Shown here: positions 48,797 to 64,000 of the stretch, piece by piece | Layout of the letters: every line of letters begins with the position of its first letter | How positions within the stretch are numbered: position 1 is the first letter of the stretch | Origin: the human T2T-CHM13v2.0 reference genome, Homo sapiens | DNA length: 64,000 nt | Direction: 5' to 3' (one strand) | Assembly (NCBI RefSeq): GCF_009914755.1 | Contig: NC_060946.1 | Translations under genes and position numbers: made by a program | The notes under the pieces: generated by a model | Told to the model about the DNA's origin: nothing | Database searches by the model: none | The model's input: only the letters and a program-made list of their open reading frames with translations

Positions 48797-50234
<1,438 letters not shown>

Positions 50235-50937
50235 GACCCCGGGTTGGGACGGGATCAGGTCGGGGCAGGGTGGTGGCCTCTCTTTCACGGCTAACACCTG
50301 GCTGGCTATGGCGGGGTGTGTCTTCCCCCCGCCCGCACCAACGGGCTGACCGGCCTGGGATTCCTGCCTTCTATGTCTAGGCCCGGTGAGAGACTCCACC
50401 CAGTGGAGAACTGCCATTCTTTCCTGGGCATCCCGGGGATCCCAGAGCCGGCACAGGTACCAGCAGGTGGGCCGCCTAGTGCTCACGCACGGGTTTGCGG
50501 GCAGCCGCCTGGGCTGTGGGAGCAGCCCAGGCAGAGCTCTCATGCCTTTCCACTACCCCACCACCTCCTGACCACCCCCAACCCACACCCACCCCCCACC
50601 CCGGAAAATGCGTCCTCCCCTGGGCTGGGTGGAGAACTCCGTCTCGAGAAACACTGAGCCCGTGCAGCATCCAGGCCTGAAACCCTTCCAGCGGCTCGTC
50701 TAATCTGCACATCTGTGCCACCGTCGCCGGCACGCCCGTGCACCTGCAGCCTCCCAGCTGCCACCATGGAGCGCCTGGCGGCGGAAGGCAGACATCTAGC
50801 TCTCTTTGACAGCCTCCTGGCTAGAACTGCGCTCATTGCGCACCCCGGCTGACGTGCAAGGGAGCCCGCTGGCCTCTCTGTGACTTTGTCCGTCCGTGAA
50901 ATTCTGGCTGAGGCTCTCCCAACACTTTCCAACGCTC

Positions 50938-53900
50938 TTTAGTCAAAGCCTGGAGAATAGTTACAAATCCTGGATGATCAGTTCAGAAATATGTCACAAT
51001 GCCCCCTCCCTGCAGAGCCGAGAGAAGATTTGCATCATTTGGGTGATCAGTGCAGAGATTTATCACAATGTCCCCTGTACAAAAAGCCTGGAAATGATTT
51101 ACATCACCTCGGTGATCAGTGCATAGGTATGTCAGAAATCCCCAGTAGGCTGAACCTAGACAAGGGTTACATCACTTAGGTGATCACTGTAGAGATATGA
51201 GAAAATTCCCGTGTAGACGGGGCCTAGAGAAGCATTACATCACCTAGTGATCAGTGCAGGGATAAGTCGTAAATCCTCCGGTAGACAGAGTGTAGACAAG
51301 TGTTTCCTTCCTGGGGTGATCAGTGCATATATATGTCACAAAGCACCTGTAAGCAGAACCTTGACAAGCGTTACATCACCTGTTTAATCAGTGGAAATGT
51401 ATATCGCAAAGCCCCCTGAAGGCAAAGCCCAGACAATTGTTACATCACCTGGGCGAGCAGTGGAGTAATCTGTCCCAATGCCCCTGTAGGCAGAGCATTG
51501 AAAAGGGTTACATCACCTGGGTGATCAGTGCAGAGATATGCCAAAACGCTCCTGTAGGTTGAACCTAGACAGGAGTTACATCACCTGGGTGATCAGTGCA
51601 GAGATATGTGAGAATTCCCATGTAGGCAGAGCCTAGACAAGTGTTATATCACCTAGATTATCAGTGCAGGTGTAAGTCATAAAGCCTCCTGTAGGCAGAG
51701 CGTAGACAAGAGTTCCCTCCCCAGGGTGATCAGTGCAGAGAGGTGTCACACAGCCCGTGTAGGCAGAGTCTAGACAAGAGTTTCATCACTTGGTTGATCA
51801 GTTCAGAGATGTGTCATAATGTCCATGTAGGCAGATCTAAGACAAGATTCAATCACCTGGGTGATCAGTGCAGAGATATGTACCAATGTCCCCTGTAGGC
51901 TGTGCCTAGACAAGGGTTGCATCACCTCAGAGATCAGTGCATAGATATGTCACAAAGCCTTCTGTAGGCAAAGCCCATACAAGGCTTACATCATCTAGGT
52001 GATTCGTGCAGTGATATGTCACAAAATCCCTGTAGAAAGAGCCTAGACAAGAGTTACATCACCTGGTTGATCAGTGCAGCATTTGACAAAATGCCCCCAT
52101 AGACAGAGCCTAGACAAGACTTCCATCACCTGGGTGATCAGTGCAGAGATATGTCACAACTCCCCCTCTAGGCAGAGAATACAAAAGAGTCCCATCACCT
52201 GGGTGATCAGTGTAGAATTATTTCACAATGCCCCCTGTAGGCAGAGAGTGGACAAGAGTTACAAAACCTAGGTGATCTGTGCAGAGCTATGTCAAAACGC
52301 CCCTGTAGGCAGAGCCTAGATAAATGTTACATCACCTGGGTGATCAGTGCAGAGATACGTCAAAATACCCCCTATAGGTGGAACCTAGACAAGAGTTACA
52401 TCACCTGGGTGATCAGTACAGAAATATGTCACAATGCCCCCTGTAGGCCGAGCCTAGACAAGAGTTACATCTCCCACGTGATCAGTGCAAAGATATGTCA
52501 CAATGCCCCCTGTAGGCCAAGCCTAGACAAGAGTTACATGTCCTGGGTGATCAGTGCAAAGATATGTCACAAAGCTCCCATAGACAAATCCCAGAAATTT
52601 GTTACATCACCTGGGTGATCACTGGAGATATCTGTCACAATTCCCCTTTAGGCACAGCTTAGACAAGCGTTACAGCACATGAGTGATTAGTGCAGAGATA
52701 TGTCACTATGCCCCGATAGGAAGATCCAAGACAAGAGTCCATCACCTGGGTGATCAGTGCAGAAATATGCCACAATGCCACCAGTAGGCAGATATAGACA
52801 ACAGTTACATCACCTGCGTGATCACTGCAGAGATATGTCACTATGCCCCTGTAGGCAGAGCCTAGACAAGTGTCCCAACACCAGGGTGATAAGTGCCGAT
52901 TTATGTCACAATGCCTCGTTTTGGCAGAGCCTAGACAAGGGTTACATCAACTGGGTGATCAGTGCAGAGATGTGTCACAAGCCCCCTGTAGCCAGAGCTT
53001 AGACAAGAGTTACATCAGCTGTGTGATCAGTGCAGTGACATGTCACAATGTCCCTGTTGCCATATCCTTTACAATAGTGACATCACCTGGGTGATCAGTG
53101 CGGACATATGTCACAATGTCTGCAGTAGGCAGACCCTAGACAAGAGTTACGTCACATGGGTGATCAGGGCAGAGATATGTCACATTGACCCCTGTAAGCA
53201 GATCCCAGACAAGAGTTGCATCACCTCGGTGATCAGTGCAGAGATATGTCTCAATGCACCCTGTCGGCGAAGCCTATACAAGAGTTACATCATCTCGGTG
53301 ATCAGTGCAGTGATATGTTAAAATGCCCCTGTAGGCAGAGCCTAGACAAGAGTTACATCACCTGGGTGATCAGTGCAGGGATATCTCACAATACCCCTGT
53401 AAGCAGAGCCTAGACAAGAGTTAAATCACCTGGGTGATCAGTGCAGAGATAAGTCATAAAACCCACTGTAGGCAAAGCCTAGACAAGTTTTACATCACCT
53501 CAGCGTTCAGTGCAGAGATATGTTCGAATGTCCCTCTAGGCAGAGCTTAGACAAGAGTCACGTCTCTTGGGTGATCATTGCAGAAATAAGTCACAAGGAC
53601 CCCTGTAGGCAGAGCATAGAGAAGAGTTGCATCACCTGGGTGATCAGTGCAGAGATATGTCACAATGTCCCCTGTAGGCAGAGCATAGAGAAGAGTTGCA
53701 TCACCTGGGTGATAAGTGCAGAGATATGTCACAACGTCCACTGCAGGCAAAGCCTAGGCAAGAGTTGCTTCACCTGGGTGATCAGTGCAGATATATGTCT
53801 CAATGTCCCCTGTAGGCAAAGCCTAGGCAAGGGTTACATCACCTTTTTCATCAGTTCAGGGATATTTGAAAACGCCACTGTAGGCAGAGCCTAGACAAGA

Positions 53901-55974
53901 GTTACAACACCTAGTTGATCAGTGCAGAGACATTTCACAATACCCCCTGTAGGCAGATCCTAGACATGAGTTGAATCACCTGGGTGATCAGTGCAGAGAT
54001 ATTTCACAATGCACCCTTGGGCAGAGGGTAGAGAAGAGTTACATCACCTAGGTGATCAGTGCAGAGATTTATCAAAATTCTCTGTAGGCAGTGCTTATAA
54101 AAGTGTTACACCACCTAAGTGATCAGTGCAGAGATATGTCACAAAGCTCCTGTAGGCAGAACTTAGATGTGTTACTTCACCTGGGTGATCAGTGCAAAGG
54201 TATGTCACAAAGCCCCCTGTAGGCAAAGCCTAGAGAATGGTTACATCACTTGGGTGATCAGTGGCGAGATCTCTCACAATTCCCCTGTAGGCAGAGCTTA
54301 TAAAACAGTTACATCACCTGGGTTATCAGTGCAGAGATATGTCACGATGCCCCCATAGGCAGATCCAAGACAAGAGTCCGTCACCTGGGTGATCAGTGCA
54401 GAAATATGTCACAATGCCCACTTAGGCAGAGCCTAGACAAAAGCCCCATCACCTGGATGATCAGTGCAGAGTTATGTCACAAAGTCCCTTTAGGCAGATA
54501 CTAGACAAGAGTTACATCACTTGGATGATTAGTGCAGATATATGTCACAATGACATTGTAGGCAGATCCTAGACAATTGTTACATCACTTGGATGATTAA
54601 TGCAGAGCTATGTCACAATGCCATTGTAGGCAGAGCCAAGACAAGAGTTACATGACCTAGGTGATCAGTGCAGATATATATCACAATCTCCCTGTAGGCA
54701 GAGACTTGGCAAGTGGTACATCACCTGTGTGATCATTGCAGGGTTTTGACACAAAGCACCATGTAGGCAGATCCTAGAAAATAGTTACATCACCTGGGTG
54801 ATCAGTGCAGAGTTATGTCAAAATGCCACTGTAGGCAGAGCCTAGACAAGAGTTACATGACCTAGGTGATCAGTGCAGATATATATCACAATGCCCCTGT
54901 AGGCAGAGCCTTGAAAAGTGGTATATCACCTGGGTGATCATTGCAGGGATGTCACAAAGCACCGTGTAGGCAGATCCTTGAGAAGAGTTATATCACCTGG
55001 GTGGTCAGTGCAGTGATATGTCACAATGCCGTGTAGCCAGAGCCTAGACTAAAGGTACAGCACCTGGGAGATCAGTGCAGAGATATGTCACAATGTCCAC
55101 AGTAGGCAGAGACCAAGCAAGAGTTGGATCACCTCGGGATCAGTGCAGAGATATATCTCAATCCACCTGTGGGCACAGCCTAGACAAGAGATACATCACC
55201 TCGGTTAACAGTGCAGAGATATGTCAAAATGCCCTTGTAGGCAGATCCTACACAACTGTTTCATCACTTAGGTGATCAGCACAGAGATCTGTCACAATGC
55301 CCCTTTAGGCAGAGCTTAGACCAGTGTTACATCACCTGGGTGATCAGTGCAGAGATATGTCACAATGCCCCCATAGGCAAATCCAAGACAATAGTCCGTC
55401 AAGTGGGTGATCAGGGCAGACATGTGTGACAATGCCCCCAGTAAGCAGAGCCTAGAGAAGGGACCCATCACCTCGGTGATCAGTGCAGAGATATTTCACA
55501 ATGCCGCTGCTGGCAGAGCGTAAGCAAGAGTTACATCACCTAGATGATCAGTGCAGAGATACGTCACAAGGCCCCCTATACGCAGAACCTGGACAAGTGT
55601 TACATCACCTCGGTGATCAATGCAGTGATATGTCACTATACACCGTAGGCAGAGCATAGTCAAGCGTTACATCACCTGGGTGATCAGTGCAGAGGTATGT
55701 CACAAAGCCCCCATACACAGAGCCTAGAAAAGTGTCCCAACAACTGGGTGATCAGTGCAGAAATATGTCACAATGACCCCATAGGCAGATCCAACACAAG
55801 AGTTACATCACCTGGGTGATCAGTGTAGGGGTATGTCACAGTGGCCCCATAGGCAGAGCCTAGACAAAACTCCCATTACCTGGGTGATCAATGCAGAGAT
55901 ATGTCAGAAAGCCCCTGTAGGCAGAGCCTAGACAAGAGTTACATCACTTTGTTGTTCAGTTCAGAGATGTGTCA
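50938..55974 (+). repeat. Beta satellite block 5, ~74 monomers (close to one complete pass of the monomer order)
   Basis: Continuous monomers; most diagnostic variants occur once, in order. Confidence 0.97.
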
Positions 55975-58105
<2,131 letters not shown>

Positions 58106-61100
58106 TGACACATCTCTGAACTGATCAACAAAGTGAAGTAACTCTTGTCTAGGCTCTGCCTACAGGCGATTTGTGACATATCTCTGCACTGATCACCCAG
58201 GAGATGTGACTCTTGTCTAAGCTCTAAATAGAGGGACATTGGGACATATGTCTGCACTAATCGCTGAAGTGATGTAAAACTTGTCTAGGCTTTGCCTACA
58301 GTGGGATTTATGACATATCTCTGCACTGATCACCCAGGTGATGTAACTCTTGCTAAGGCTCTGCTTACAGCGGGTATTGTGAGATATCTCTGCACTGATC
58401 AGCCAGGTGATGTAACTCTTGTCTAGGCTCTGCCTACATGGGCATTTTAACATATCACTGCACTGATCACCGAGATGATGTAACTCTTGTATAGGCTTTG
58501 CCGAGTGGGGGCATTGAGACATATCTCTGCACTGATCACCGAGGTGATGCAACTCTTGTCTGGGTTCTGCTTACAGGGGGCATTGTGTCATATCTCTGCC
58601 CTGATCACCCAGGTGATGTAACTCTTGTCTAGGCTCTGCCTACTGGAGACATTGTGAAATATCTCCACACTGGTCACCCAGGTGATGTCACTTTTGTCAA
58701 GGATATGGCTACAGGGACATTGTGACATGTCACTGCACTGATCACACAGCTGATGTAACCCTTTTCTAGGCTCTGGCTACAGGGTGCTTGTGACCCATCC
58801 CTGCACTGATCACCCAGTTGATGTAACCCTTGTCTAGGCTCTGCCAACAGGGGGCATTGTGACATAACTCTGCACTGATCACCCAGGTGATGGGACTCTT
58901 GTCTAGGCTCTGCCAAAACGGGGCATTGTGACATAAATCTGCACTGACCACCCAGGTGATGGGACTCTTGTCTAGGCTCTGCCTACAAGGGCATTGTGAC
59001 ATATCTCTGCAATGATCACGCAGGTGATGTAACTCTTGTCTATATGTGCCTACTGGCGGCATTGTGGCATATTTCTGCACTGATCACCCAGGTGATGGAC
59101 TCTTGTCTTGGATCTGCCTATGGGGGCATAGTGACATATCTCTGCACTGATCACTCATGTGCTGTAACGCTTGTCTAAGCTGCGCCTAAAGGGGATTGTG
59201 ACAGATATCTCCACTGATCACCCAGGTGATGTAACAATTTTATTGGATTTGTATACAGGTGGCTTTGTGACATATCTTTGCACTGATCACCCAGGATATG
59301 TAACTCTTGTCTAGGCTCATCCTACAGGGGCTTTGTGACATATTTCTGTACTGATCACCCAAGTGATGTAACTCTTCTCTAGGCTCCACCTACAAGGGCT
59401 ATTGTGACGTATCTCTGCACTGATTCACCCAGGTGATGTAACTCTTGTCTAGGCTCCACCCACAAGGGGTATTGTGAGGTATCTCTGCACTGATCACCCA
59501 GGTGATGTAACATTTATCTAGGCTCTGCCTACAGGGGCGTTTTGACATAGCTCTGCACAGATCACTTAGGTTATGTAACTCTTGTCCTCTCTCTGCCTAC
59601 AGGGGCATTGTGAAATATCTCTGCACTGATCACCCTGGTGATGTAACTCTGGTCTAGGCTCTGCTTACAGGGGGTATTGTGACATATCTCTGCACTGATC
59701 ACCTAAGTGATGTAACACTTGTGTAGGCTCTGCCTACAGGGGCATTTTGACATATCTCTGCACTGATCACCCAGGTGATGCAACTCTTCTCTGTTCTCTG
59801 CCTATAGGGGGCATTGTGACATATCACTGCACTGATCACCCAGGTGATGTAACTCACATCTAAACTCTGCCTAAAGGGGCATTGTGACAGATATCTGCAC
59901 TGATCACTCAGGTGATGTAACTATTGTCTAGGCTGTGCTTAAAGGGGCCTTGTCACATATCTCTGCACTGATCATCCAGGTGATGTAACTCTTGTCTAGG
60001 CTCTCCTTACAAGGGGTATTGTGAGATATCTCTGCACTGATCAACCAGGTGATGTAACTCTTGTTTAGGCTCTGCCTACAGGGGCATTTTCACATATAAC
60101 TGCACTGATCACCGAAATGATGTAACTCTTGTATAGGCTTCGCCAACAGGGGGAATTGTGACATGTCTCCACACTGATCACACAGGTGATGTCACTTTTG
60201 TGAAGGATATGGCTACAGTGACATTGTGACATGTCACTGCACTGATCACACAGCTGATGTAACACTTGTCTATGCTCTGTCTACAGGGGTCTTGTGACAC
60301 ATCTCTGCACTGATCACCCAGGTGATGTAACCCTTGTCTAGGCTCTGCCAAAAGAGGGCATTTTGACATAACTCTGCACTGATCACCCAGGTGATGGGAC
60401 TCTTATCTAGGCTCTGCCTACAAGGGCATTGTGACATATCTCTGCAGTGATCACGCAGGTGTTGTATCTCTTGTCTATATATGCCTACTCACGGCATTGT
60501 GGCATATTTCTGCATTGATCATGCAGGTGATGGACTCTTGTCTTGCATCTGCCTATGGGGGCATAGTGACATATCTCTGCACTGATCACTCATGTGATGT
60601 AACGATTGTCTATGCTGTACCTAAAGGGGAATTGTGACAGATATCTCCACTGATCACATAGGTTATATAACAATTTTCTGGGACTTGTCTACAGGGGGCT
60701 TTGTGACATATCTTTGCACTGATCACCCAGGAGATGTAACTCTTGTCTAGTCTCGGCCTACAGGGACTTTGTGTCATATTTCTGCACTAATCACCCAGGT
60801 GATGTAACTCTTGTTTAGGCTCTGCCTACAGGGGCTTTGTGACATATCTCTGCACTGATCACCCAGATGATGTAACTCTTGTCTAGGCTCCACCTACAGG
60901 GGGTATTGTGACGTATCTCTGCACTGATCACCCAGGTGATGTAACATTTATCTTGGCTCTGCCTACAGGGGCGTTTTGACATAGCTCTGCACAGATCACC
61001 TAGGTTATATAACCCTTGTCCACTCTGCCTACAGGGGGCAATGTGAAATATCTCTACACTGATCACCCAGGTGATGGGACTCTTGTCTATCCTCTGCCTA

Positions 61101-62332
61101 GAGGGGGATTTGTGTCACTTCTCTGCACTGATCACCCAGGTGATGGAAGTCTTGTCTAGTCTCTGTCTATGGGGGCATTATGTCAAATATCTGCACTGAT
61201 CACCCAGGTGATGTAATTCTTGTCTGGGCTCTGTCTACAGAAATTTTTGTGACATACCACTGCACTGATAACCTAGGTGATGTAAGCCTTGTATGGGCTT
61301 TGCTTACAGAAGGCTTTGTGACATATCTATGCACTGATCTCTGAGGTGATGCAACTCTTGTCTAGGTACTGCCTACAGGGGACATTGGTACGTATCTCTG
61401 TACGGATCACCCAGGTGATGGACTCTTGTCTTACATCTGCCAGCATGGACATTGTGATACATCTCTGATCTGATCAACCAAGTGATGAAACTCTTGTCTA
61501 GGCTCTGCCTACAGGGGCTTTGTGACACATCTCTGCACTGTTCACCCTGGGGAGGGAACTCTTGTCTACGCTCTTCCTATAGGAAGCTTTATGACTTATA
61601 CCTGCACTGATAACCTAGGTGATGTAACACTTGTCTAGGCTCTGCCTACACAGGAATTCTCACATATCTCTGCACTGATCACCCAGGTGATGTAACTCTT
61701 GTCTAGGTTCAGCCTACAATAGTGTTTTGACATATCTCTGCACTGATCACCAAGGTGATGCAACCCTTGTCTAACCTCTGCCTACAGGGGCATTGTGACA
61801 GATCTCTCCACTGCTCACCCAGGTGATGTAACAATTTTCTGGGCTTTGCCTACAGGGCGCTTTGTGATATACATTTCCACTCATCATACAGGTGATGTAA
61901 CACTTGTCAAAGTTCTGCTGACAGGGGCTTTGTGACATATCTCTGCACTGATCACCGCAGGGAAGAAACAGTTGTCTACACTCTGCTGACATGAGACTTT
62001 AAAACCTATCCCTGCACTGATCACTAGGTGATGTAACAGTTGTCTAGGCTCTGTCTACATGGGAATTTTCAAATATCTCTACACTGATCATCTAAGTGAT
62101 GTAACCCTTGTCTAGTTTCAGCCTACTGGGGATTTCTGACATACCTATGCAGAGATCACCGAGGTGATGTAAATCATTTCCAGGAGTTTCATATAGAGGA
62201 CCTTGTGATATATCTCTGCACTGATCACCCAAATGATGGAACTCTTCCTAGGCTCCACAGGGAGGGGGCATTGTGACATAATTCTGAACTGATCATCCAG
62301 GAGATGTAAATATTCTCCAGGCTTTGACTAAA
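58106..62332 (-). repeat. Beta satellite block 6, inverted, ~62 monomers
   Basis: Reverse-complement monomers (acccaggtgatgtaactcttgtctaggctctgcctacagggg...ctctgcactgatc). Confidence 0.97.

Positions 62333-64000
<1,668 letters not shown>

Overview
Hominoid (human-like) heterochromatic DNA. It is a tandem array of a composite unit: a ~2.76 kb truncated, D4Z4-derived segment followed by 3.7-21 kb of 68/69-bp beta (Sau3A) satellite. Each D4Z4-derived segment contains an hhspm3-like upstream region, a GC box + TATAA promoter, a DUX4-like double-homeobox pseudogene, exon-2/intron-2 equivalents and a pLAM/exon-3-like end. Seven DUX4-like copies (A-G) are present and none encodes a full-length DUX4. 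Copies D and F keep open single-homeodomain ORFs; C, E and G keep the C-terminal activation-domain ORF. All copies share the same satellite junctions. The satellite monomers follow one conserved order of roughly 75-80 monomer types that has been deleted or duplicated in register. The array is + oriented from 1 to ~57070 and - oriented from ~58030 to 64000. The inversion point is a ~1 kb patchwork of about nine short templated fragments joined by microhomologies (template-switching signature). This is not the 4q35/10q26 D4Z4 array: it has TATAA instead of TACAA, lacks the ATTAAA poly(A) signal, and its units are separated by satellite. It resembles dispersed DUX4L/beta-satellite composites of acrocentric or pericentromeric regions. 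Species and chromosome cannot be fixed from the sequence alone, and comparisons with canonical DUX4/D4Z4 are from recall, not alignment.
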